Positions 48,059-64,000 of a DNA stretch of 64,000 bases are shown one piece after another (the first letter of the stretch is position 1; every line of letters starts with the position of its first letter). The stretch spans positions 19,778,001-19,842,000 of the forward strand of contig CM022677.1 in the NCBI GenBank assembly GCA_012295275.1, read 5' to 3'. The notes beneath the pieces were generated by a model. It was given only the letters and a program-made list of their open reading frames with translations. It searched no databases and was not told where the DNA came from. The position numbers and the translations under genes are program-made. Origin of the DNA: Chrysomallon squamiferum (taxonomy: Eukaryota > Animalia > Mollusca).

Positions 48059-48431
48059 ATTGTATCACTGTTCAGCGTCCGGAAGTTCAATCGAAACGCA
48101 GGAAGTGCGGAGCATTAACTGGGTTTGAGTATTTAATTGAAGGGCTTACGAATACGTTTACAAAAGAAAGAAAGAAACGAACAGTCCAGAACAGTCAATA
48201 AATTATATATTTTATTATAAATAAATATTGAAACTGGATTATACTAATAATTTTTTTCTTTTCGTCTTTCATCTTTTCGATTAAACAATCTAAAATAGCA
48301 ATGGAGGAATTTACAAAAATAATAAATGTGTTAACCCGGATGTGTATATTTTCGGGTTCACGTCACAAAAGCAGACAGTTCAACTTGAGAAACGTTTTTT
48401 TTTTTTTTTTTCCTTTTGATTTTTATCATGA
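48059..48431. promoter_or_regulatory. Putative bidirectional promoter ILF2/PEMT
   Basis: Divergent ATGs ~370 bp apart; ETS/GABP-like CCGGAAGT (48079), CAGGAAGTG (48099), CCGGATGT (48336) and a CRE-like CACGTCA (~48359) in locally CpG-containing patches. Confidence 0.65.
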
Positions 48432-53236
<4,805 letters not shown>

Positions 53237-53599
53237 ACCTGCTTCAAAATATCCTGAATTATGACTCATCTGAGATCAATAACATTATTTAAATATTATT
53301 TTAATTTTTTTTATGCCTTAATATCTATACAATATCTGATTTTATTTAATTACTAAACATGTTGATATTACGGAAAAAAAAAAAAAAAAAAAAAAAAATA
53401 TTAATAATAAAATATAAATATAATCTTAAAAACATATTAACAAATGAAATAAATATTATTTTAATATCTTTTAAATAACTGTATTTTATAAGCTCAATAT
53501 TACTGTTTTTTTTTATTATTTTTAAACATGTTCAGATTATGTTATAAAAAAAATATATTTTAATAATAATAATAATAATAATGTTAAAAATTTATTTTT

Positions 53600-54150
53600 A
53601 AAATTCAGGTATGTTATAAAATAAATATATTTTATCTATACCCAATATTATTGTTATTTTTTATATTGTAAAGTATTCAGGTATGATATAAAATAAATAT
53701 ATTTTATCTATACCCAATATTATTGGGTTTTTTTTCTTTTTAAAGTATTCAGGTATGTTATACAATAAATATATTTTATCTATACCCAATATTACTGTTA
53801 TTTTTTTTTTTTTTTTTTAAAGTATTCAGGTATGTTATAAAATAAATATATTTTATCTATACCCAATATTATTGTTATTTTTTTTCTTTTTAAAGTATTC
53901 AGGTATGTTATAAAATAAATATATTTTATCTATACCCAATATTATTGTTATTTTTTTTATTTTAAAGTATTCAGGTATGTTATAAAATAAATATATTTTA
54001 TCTATACCCAATATTATTGGGGTTTTTTTCTTTTTAAAGTATTCAGGTATGTTATACAATAAATATATTTTATCTATACCCAATATTACTGTTATTATTT
54101 TTTTTTTTTTAAAGTATTCAGGTATGATATAAAATAAATATATTTTTATA
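53600..54150. repeat. ~73-77-bp AT-rich tandem repeat downstream of the PEMT stop
   Basis: aagtattcaggtatgttataaaataaatatattttatctatacccaatattattg repeated ~7 times, then degenerate copies to ~54430. Confidence 0.9.
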
Positions 54151-56849
54151 CCCTCTATGATTCTTTTTTAAGAATTTGGAGCTATGTAATGAAATAAATA
54201 TATTTTACCTCTTCCCAATATGATTGTTATTTTCATCTTTTTTAATGTATTCTGAGGTATGATATAAATTTTTTTAATATGATTCTTTTTAAGAATTTGC
54301 CATGTAATGAAATAAATATATTTTACCTCTTCCCAATATGATTGTTATTTTCTTCTTTTTCAATGTATTCTGAGCCATTTAATAAAATAAATATATTTTC
54401 ATAGATTCAATATGTTTGTTATTTTCTTCTTTTTACAGTATTCTGTTGTCATATGACTAAATTAGATAAGTAAATACTTTTACAAGCTTTCAGTTTTCAA
54501 CTTTATAAAGCATTCAGTGATTTTGTAACAGAATACACTATATTTCATAACTACAGTGTGACTAATGAATAAATTAAATATTTTTACTTTAATTTTTAAT
54601 TTAATTTTATTTTTAATTTTTTAATATTTTTTTTAATATTTTTTTTCTAATCTGTACTTTGGGGGGGGGGGAAGATAATTGCTTTAAAATAATTATTTTA
54701 TTTTATTCTTTGTCTAAAACGTTTTGTGATGAATGAATAAATTTTTTATTTTTTTTTTTTTTTTTTTTTTTAAATTAATTGTTTCATTTTCGTATTAACA
54801 GTACTTAAAAAAGTCTTGAATTTTTCATGTTTTCCAAACACTGTTTTATTTCCTAGTATACTTTTAAACTGATTTAATTTATTACTTTTTACTTATAGAA
54901 TACCTTTTAGCTAGTAGTTAATAATTAGATATGAGTAGTACATTTGTTTTCCTTATAAGTAGTAATTAGTAACTAGTCTATATATATATATATATATATT
55001 TAGTAAATGTATACACACTGGACCTCACTAATACGACAAGCTCAGTGTAAAAATAAATAAAGAAAAAACAAATAATTCAGATTACTGGTACAATACTGCT
55101 GATATCAAGTCAACCTTCATAAGCACAAACCTATTTCAGGTTTTACTGAAATACATGTATAAACCTAATTCAGTCTTGGAACTGGGACTGGAAAAATTGA
55201 ACATGCTAATCACAGCTAGCTGTTGTGAAGCACGTCTACGACGGGCACGCTTTCTGAAAGACAAGTGGGCGTGTCTCTCGCAGAAGAGTTCTGGGGGAAA
55301 GGAAAGTGAAAGGCATTCTTGTTACGACTGTCCAGCATATTGAATCGTAATGAGTTAAATTCAGTCTCACTGAAACTGGCATAAACCTAGTGGAGGATTC
55401 TTCTTTGTTATGTCCGAGATCTTTAACAATATGTCTGCTATGATATATGCCATAAAAATATTCAGTCTGTCATTGAAATAAAATATTTCCTTCATTCAGA
55501 TGTTAACATGTATTCACTGTACCATAGTGCGCGCGCGCACACACACACACACTTACAAACATTATATTATTATTATTGTTTAATGATATTTATTTATTTT
55601 GTTATTTATGTATTTATTTATTTATTGCATTATAATTGTTATTGTTGTTGCTGCTGCTGTTATTCTTCATGTTGTTATTTTTTTTATTTCTTTATTTATG
55701 ATTACTTTTTGCTACTTTTCTTTATGTTCTCAAAAACCCTATGAAAATCAGCACATACATAGCTCAAATCTTGCCTGTATAATAACCTCATCCAAATATT
55801 GTGCACTACAAAGGCAAAATAATAATAAAAATGAGTTGTTTAATTCTGAAAACTAAGCGAGTCCAACGTTTGGTAAGTAGGATCTGTGTCTCTCCTTTAG
55901 TGACAATTTGTTTTTTTGATAACAAATAATATGAAATCAAATTTTAGTTTTCATAAATAAGTTTGATGTTATGGTTGATAACTTAAATACGTTTTTATAA
56001 TGTTGTTCTTAAATACGATCTGTTCAAAAAGTATGGTAGGCAACCGTTACTGTGATGTAATTAATACAATCCCAGTGTTGGTGACGTCACCATATTTTAC
56101 ATATCACTTTATTATGACGTTATTACTGAAATGTACGTATTCGTCACGTCACCATATTATTTCGTACAATACCGCACGTTAAATGATTATGAACATAGCT
56201 ACTGAAATGAACGTATTCGTGACCATATTTGTACAACATCGCAGTGCATCTCTGTTACGAGCGAGCAAAGCTTTTAAGTTTTTTTCCTGTGATTGAATAA
56301 GAAAGAGATACATACAGCTCTGTATGCAGTATTTTATTTTACGATGTTAAGAACATATGATGAATATGATATAAAACTGAACTAACATCATAATTATGAA
56401 TTATTCAGACGAGACCATGCAACATGAAACCTCTTTGATTTTAATGGCGTGTCCGTATGAATAAGAAAGAGATATTACATACACTTGTGTATGCGATATC
56501 TCATCAATTTTACAGTGTTATGAATACACCACTACATCCATTTAGTTTTCACTGCCGCTGCTGCTGGTGTAGAAGTGTTTCAGTGGCGACGACATTGTGT
56601 TGATGTTGCCTGCAGCTGTTGTAAATGATCAGATCAAAGAAAAGTCTTTCTTATTCTTGGTTATAAAATTTTCGCATTCATTAAAATCACATTTTATCTC
56701 GGTTTCTCATTGGTTTAATAATGAGTGAGTTGGAATGTATTAATACCAGACTGATTTCTCTTGCGTGGATTTCAAAATACTGCAGTCACCTACCCGCTCA
56801 ACACCAAAATGATATCAGCAATGAAGGTAAAAATAACATAAATATTTAT

Positions 56850-56933
<84 letters not shown>

Positions 56934-58629
56934 TTATTTATCGTTGTCTGTTTTGTCTTTATATCTATCTACCTGTGTGTGTGTTGGTATGTATATATAC
57001 ACACATGCACACTTATATACATACATACATACATGCATCCATGCATACATGCATCCATACATACATACACACATACATACATACATACACACATACATAC
57101 ATACATGCATACATACATGCATACATACATATACACATACATACACACATACATACACACACACATACATACACGCATACATTCTTACATACATACACAC
57201 ATACATGCATATCGCTTGTTGTCTTGATGGCTGAACGGTAACATCGTCTGTCTTCGGAGTGCGTGCGAATGGGCGCCATACGTTCGAGTCTCGTCAGCGG
57301 CATCTGACGGGTTTGTGAGGTCGTGATTGGACTTTGTCCTCCTGCGCCAGTGCGTTCCCGAATATTGTCAAAGTGCAGAGTCTATTCAGACGTACATATT
57401 CAAAATCCTAAAACTACATACATACATACAAACCGCTGGTTTTTTTTTTTTTTTTTTTTTATGTTGATTATTTTGTGACGTTGTCGATAACAAACTACCT
57501 CATTGTCACTGTTGCCATCATGATTGTCATTACAGGTACTCTACTGTCAGTTTGTTGCCATGGTAATACTGCAATTCTCCTTCACTGTTTACGGATATGA
57601 AGGGAAGCATTCTTCTTATTATTGTTGTTGTCGTCGTCATTGTTGTTATTTTTCTTGTTGTTACTGTCGTTCTTACCATTGTCATTATTTACGTATTTAT
57701 TTATTTATTTGGTTATCATTACTCCTATTATTATCATTATTATTGTTAATATTGTTGTTGTTGTTGTTGTCGTTGTCGTCGTTGCTGTTTTTTTTTTTCT
57801 TTTTCTTCCTAGCACTGGTACATTTTTTTCTGCTATTTTATTATTAGTAGTAGTAACAGTAGTAGTAATAGTAGTAGTAGTAGCAATAAAATAATTAAAA
57901 TTAATATATGATTAAAATAAAATAAAATAAAATAAATAAAATAAAATAAAATAAAATAAAAATAAAAATAAAATAAAATAAAATAAAATTTCTGGAACAC
58001 AGGTTGTGAAAATAAACAAATCGTCGATCCTTTTGCAAAGACAAATAAAAAAAAGGCAGTTTGGAGGAGATGTGAAACAGTGCCTGGTGTGCACCTCTGG
58101 GCTGGGGAAAATAATAAAAAAATAAACGTCGTTGACGTAGGTGATAAAATTCTACACCTAATTCTACACCTTTTAAATTATTGTGATTTTAATTTTATGT
58201 CTGATGCGTGCCGTTAATTATGTTCCTCGTTAAGACGTGACGTTGTAGATGTTGCTGCTGATAACGTTGATGCTGTTATTATTACATGTGGTGTATTTCC
58301 GGTCCATGCTTTTAATTGTGTTTTTCGTTTATGGCGATGCTGCTTGCTGCTGCAACTACTGACAGACGACGTTGTTGTTGATGATGTAACCTTGAAATAA
58401 CGTTGTTGATGACGTTGTTAGGATGTTGAACATTTCTAGTATGTATTGTCAGTATGATTATGACTTGTCGATGTTCATGATGCTATAATTATTGCTGTCA
58501 GTGAACGTTCAGACGATATGACGTTGTTGATGACGTACGCTTCTGACAAACTTGATTAATGATACTTACGATAACGACTTATTGTTGATGATGTTGCTGT
58601 TGTTGCTGTCAATGCAAGTTTAAACTGAA

Positions 58630-59700
58630 TACAGAGTTAACCTCGCTTAGGTCGTCGGCGTTAACGTCGTCAGAGTGCGTAGGTCGTCACCTTAGCCAAC
58701 GTCCCGATTTTCTGTAACGTTGTTCACAATAAAATATCCCTGTCTGATGCTGTATCGTGACGCGCGAAAAAATCAAACAATTCCTATCGGTATTTTGTCG
58801 CATCTCGACTAAAAAACTTGAAAAAAAAATCAATGGTTTCTAAAAAAACCAAAAAAAAACACGGTTAGAATGCACCATTAGTCGTTACGTGACGCTTGGT
58901 TCGAAGTAACACAAACCGCTGTTAACATATAACTCTAGGATATCCTTGGGCAAACTAATGTTGTGTGCACACACACACAGACACGACTGTTTCCAGGAAA
59001 AAATCAATAAAGCGTTTCGTCGAAACAGTCTCGCACAATTTACCTGCTATTCCAACTTTGTTGGCAACGGATATAGACGGGCCGTGTGCGTTGGGATATC
59101 GACATGCACGTGATTTGCCTCGCGTGTGGGTTGCCTTGAATTCAAAATACTATTTTGGAAAGCGGCGCTAACGATACGGACTTTTTTTTTTGTTTTTTTT
59201 GGTGTACAAAATGGCGACTAGCGGAAAGAGACGGCTAATAACGAAGACTTACACGGAGAAGTGTGAAATAATTAAGTACTGTGAAGCCAGTCCTGGCGAG
59301 AAAAAATGTCTGACGGCGGACAGATTCAAGATTCCCCGCACAACGTTAAACGACATTTTAAAACACAAATGAAAAAAAGCGATCGAGGCCATCGAGAAGG
59401 GTGAGCACGCAGATTCAAGAAAAGGCGGTATGAACTGCATCAAGCACGTGACGTTTAAAGATGGCGTCTTCGCTCTTATTGACCGGCTTCGATAATAATG
59501 ATACGCAGCACAGAAGCGAGATGTATGGACGACGCGCGAGAGTTCAATAGCTCTACTGCAGCGTCACTATGAACCGTATGTTTTCAATGCACGCGGTTCC
59601 GTGCAAACTCTAGGAGAATTCGCCACGATGATAAATCGTCATTTTGCCGACTTACATTTTCAAGTAGTCATTATGACGACTTAGCAATTTCTCGTCATAT
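58630..59700 (+). mobile_element. Tigger/pogo-family DNA transposon remnant with CENP-B-type HTH coding fragment, in intron 3 of copy F
   Basis: Starts TA-CAGAGTTAACCTCGCTTAGGTCG (Tigger-like terminus); ATG 59211 gives MATSGKRRLITKTYTEKCEIIKYCEASPGEKKCLTADRFKIPRTTLNDILKHK*, a typical N-terminal HTH of Tigger transposases with a premature stop. Confidence 0.8.
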
Positions 59701-59707
59701 CTCTAAC

Positions 59708-59739
<32 letters not shown>

Positions 59740-60196
59740 GTAGTTGTTACTATCATTATTATTATTATTACTATTATTATTATTATTATTATTATTATTG
59801 TTGTAGTTGTTACTATCATTTTCATCATTACCGGTTATTTTCATTATTATTATTAAACTGGCATCTCTTGCTGAAGTTGTTGTATTTGTTGCTGATAAAT
59901 GGCTGTTTTTGCTGTTGTTTGTTGTTGTTGTTATTACTATTGTTTTTGTTTTTCTTGTCAGGACCGGTTGAATTTCAATTACCACATAAACTGGCATCTC
60001 TGCTGACAGTTAAGAGCGAAGTGAAACTACGTTGGATAAATGGGTATGTTTTTGTTGTCGTTGTTGTTGTTGTTGCAGTTGTTTTTGTTTTTCTTCTCAG
60101 TGTCGTTGTAGTTGTCACAGTTGTTGTTATTATTTATCATCATTATCATTATTAAAATTAATATTATTGTTATAATTGTTATCATCATCATCATCA

Positions 60197-60239
<43 letters not shown>

Positions 60240-60621
60240 CGTAACAGAGCGAAGGCAACATTCACTTGTGCTGAAAAATCAAAGTTCGTGTTGGAAGTCA
60301 GTGAAATAGGAGGCGAAATTTATTCGAATTTTACCCTCTACCATTTTGGAATGATTGCTGACGAAAAGTCTTTTCACAAACCTCCATTCCCATTTAAACG
60401 GGACCAGCTGAACGAATTCGTCTTCCGTTTCGAGACTGAGAATATAGTGGTAAGCAGTTTTTTCTTTTTTGTTTTTGGACATAACGAAATCCGGGGTCGT
60501 CTGCTGGAATGCTACTTTCATCTGTTTCTTCAGTTCACTTATTAAGGGTGGGGGGAAACAAACAACAGAATCTCTTATAATGTTAAATCGAATGGCTAAA
60601 TTATATTCCTTCATTCTTGTG

Positions 60622-60680
<59 letters not shown>

Positions 60681-60799
60681 TTATCGGTTTATTCAACTAT
60701 TTTGTTAATTGTAAGATATCTATTCTACCATATGTCTCTGTTGATATGTATCTTCTTGATCTGCAGAATGGATTCTGCGCAGAAAGGCACATTACTCTA

Positions 60800-61025
60800 T
60801 TTCCATTTGAACGTAACAATGAAAATAGCTCTTAAATACCGTTATAAATATACATCATGAAACATACTAGAACGCATGGATTTCCCTTTCAACGTAACAA
60901 TGAAAATAGCTCTTAAATACTTTTGTAAACATATCTGATGAAACATACAAGAACGAATGATTTTCCATTTGAACTTAGCAATGAAAATAGTTCTTAAATA
61001 CCTAAACATATTTGATTAAACATCC
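60800..61025. repeat. ~80-bp triplication in intron 5 of copy F
   Basis: ttccatttgaacgtaacaatgaaaatagctcttaaatac x3; single copy in intron 5 of B. Confidence 0.8.
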
Positions 61026-61433
61026 TGGAAAGAAGGAATAAAACACATTGTTCTTACTGTTATATTGCTGGTTAACGATGACTCACTTAACAAATATACA
61101 AACACATCTTATTCAAGATGTTTTATAAATCCCAATGTCGACACGTCCTGGTCTATATTATTTTTCGTGTCAGCACCAAAGAAATTGTACCATGCACCAT
61201 ACAACAGAATGATACATACCACAACTTTTGTTAACAACATACGTTAATGTGTGTATGAATGGATGTACACAGTATGTGTATCTATGTATGTATACATGGT
61301 TTGATGAATAAAAATATCTCTGTCTATATGTGTGTGTCTTTTCTTTTATTATCTGTAACTATCTAATCTATCTATTTATCTCTATCTATCTATCTACCCA
61401 TCTATCTACCTATCCATCTGGGTTGTTTATCTC

Positions 61434-61501
<68 letters not shown>

Positions 61502-61965
61502 CTTATCTATCTTTTTATCTACTTATCAATGTATTTATCTCTTTATCTTTTTATGTGTGTATTTATATATCTATTTATCTATGCAACAGATTGAGAGCAG
61601 CAATACTGAAGTGGTGAAGATGGAAAACTTGCTTAGATTCGAGTTCCTGGAAACATTTACAGCCACTAAGCATTTCTATCTATCGTATTTTGGTGTCCTT
61701 TGGGAGGACTAGCCGAAATAAAGACAGAACGTTCCCATCAAATTGTGTTTTTCTGGTCTGTTTTCTGCGTGTTGTGTGTTTTCATACGAGAAACAGATCC
61801 TAAGCAATTCAAAATATTTTGTATGTAACTTACATAACTAAACAATAATAAATCATAAAACTAAAATAAATTTTTTCGATAGGAAACAAAAACCTAATCA
61901 AAAATGAAGCCAAAAAAAACAATGTTTTTTTTCTTAGTTTGAGTACCTATGACGTACTTGCGAAC

Positions 61966-62220
61966 GATCGCATTCGAGACTACATTTGTACAATGTTCTC
62001 GCGTGATGTTATCATGACGTAGTTACTGAAAGATCGCATTCGAGACTACATTTGTACAATATTCTCGCGTGACGTTATTATGACGTAGTTACTGAAAGAT
62101 CGCATTCGAGACTACATTTGTACAATATTCTCGCGTGACGTTATTATGACGTAGTTACTGAAAGATCGCATTCGAGACTACATTTGTACAATGTTGTCGC
62201 GTGACGTTATGATGACGTAT
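61966..62220. repeat. 66-bp tandem repeat x4 (gatcgcattcgagactacatttgtacaatattctcgcgtgacgttattatgacgtagttactgaaa)
   Basis: Period 66 at 61966, 62032, 62098, 62164; shares tgacgt-rich motifs with the upstream regions of B (5730-5900) and F (56080-56240). Confidence 0.9.
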
Positions 62221-62412
62221 TGGTGACGTTGCCATATTTGCACAACATCGCTGCGTTGATCTATCCTGATTTAGTAGTAGAGGTATCCTTGAAAACACAA
62301 AATTATACGTTTTTCACCTTTGTGTAACATAATTCAAGTAAAGCTGCTTTCACGATTTTATTTAGTTATGTGATGCCTGGTGGTTTTTTTTTTTTTTTTT
62401 TTCTGCTTACAT

Positions 62413-62443
<31 letters not shown>

Positions 62444-63169
62444 TTGGTTTATTGGTTTATTTATTTATTTATTTATTTATAAATTCATGTATTTATTTAT
62501 TGGTGGTAATTATTGTTGTGTGTATGTGTGTGTCTAGGTTGCGTGTATGTATGTATGGATGCGTGGATGGATGGATATCAATGTTAGTAGTAACAAAACC
62601 ACTAATACAAAATAATTGCAATAATAATAATGATAATAGTAATGAATATAGTATATTCAACACCGGTGATAATAACAATAATTATAAATAAAACAACAGC
62701 AATATGTACCCAAGTATGTACCTAGCATTTGTGTATCTATGTCTTTCTATATCATTTATTTATCTACTACACCTGTTAATATATACATACATACATATAC
62801 GTATATATATATATGTGTATGAGAGATATATGCATACATAATATATAATATATATATATGTATGTATATGTACACACACACACACACACACAAATACACA
62901 TACATTAATACATACATATATAATTGCAATGTGATGAATATAATAACTATTTTATCGCCATATTTACTGTTCATTGCAACATGTAACTAACTATTCCAGT
63001 GTTAACTTGATCCTGTTGTGAACATCTGCTGTCCGTTCACTTGTATATACACTTTCATGTCATATTTAGTTTGACTGGTTTAATTGGGGCAGTGTTTATA
63101 TGAATTAATATTAATACCTATTATCGTGGATTTCAAACATACCGTACTTACGTTTAATCCGATACCAAA

Positions 63170-63807
<638 letters not shown>

Positions 63808-63828
63808 GCACGTATTATTATTATTATT

Positions 63829-63859
<31 letters not shown>

Positions 63860-64000
63860 CTAATATCATTATTAATGGTCTTCCTGGGTGAAAATGATAT
63901 TACATTTTTGCTTTAGGGATAATTCAAATTTCTCTGAACATCTGACCTTTACTTTGACCTTGTGGGTCACGTGACATTGACACCACCTTGCATGAAAAAT

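Larger units (their letters stand above)
56821..61712 (+). pseudogene. Secreted Cys-module + galectin-like family, copy F (closest to B; exons 56821-56826, 57536-57602, 58003-~58110 damaged, 59958-60043, 60248-60449, 61590-61712)
   Basis: Exons 2, 4, 5, 6 are open (VLYCQFVAMVILQFSFTVYGYE; SGPVEFQLPHKLASLLTVKSEVKLRWIN; GAKATFTCAEKSKFVLEVSEIGGEIYSNFTLYHFGMIADEKSFHKPPFPFKRDQLNEFVFRFETENIV; IESSNTEVVKMENLLRFEFLETFTATKHFYLSYFGVLWED*). Exon 3 is shortened with no donor and the exon-4 acceptor reads TG. Damage may be an assembly artefact. Confidence 0.6.

Noticed and set aside
56721-56826. Longer first coding exon MSELECINTRLISLAWISKYCSHLPAQHQNDISNEG
   Set aside because: This frame is broken in paralogs (2-nt insertion in B, TAA in C) and is out of phase with the signal exon. 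Only the terminal ATGAAG|gt is conserved in all seven copies, so the rest is treated as 5' UTR.

Overview
Eukaryotic animal DNA: very AT-rich, intron-rich and dominated by micro- and minisatellites. A lophotrochozoan or mollusc, possibly a cephalopod, is my impression only. Almost every ORF in the supplied track is simple-repeat noise; the real genes are spliced and were assembled by hand. (1) A head-to-head housekeeping pair, ILF2/NF45 (15 coding exons, - strand, 38065-48058, one exon corrupted) and PEMT (7 coding exons, + strand, 48432-53236), shares a ~370-bp putative bidirectional promoter. (2) Flanking this pair on both sides is a cluster of at least 7 paralogs (A-G) of a six-coding-exon gene encoding a ~220-aa secreted protein: Met-Lys micro-exon, signal-peptide exon, 4-Cys sushi-like exon, then three exons forming a highly diverged galectin-fold domain. 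That domain keeps galectin intron positions and phases but lacks the galactoside-binding residues. The family shows tandem and inverted duplication, conserved signal peptides and introns against hypervariable mature regions, non-canonical splice sites (GC and GG donors, GAG acceptors) and several damaged copies. Also present: Tigger/pogo remnants, a MITE-like inverted repeat, many minisatellites, and scrambled patches that look like assembly-consensus errors.
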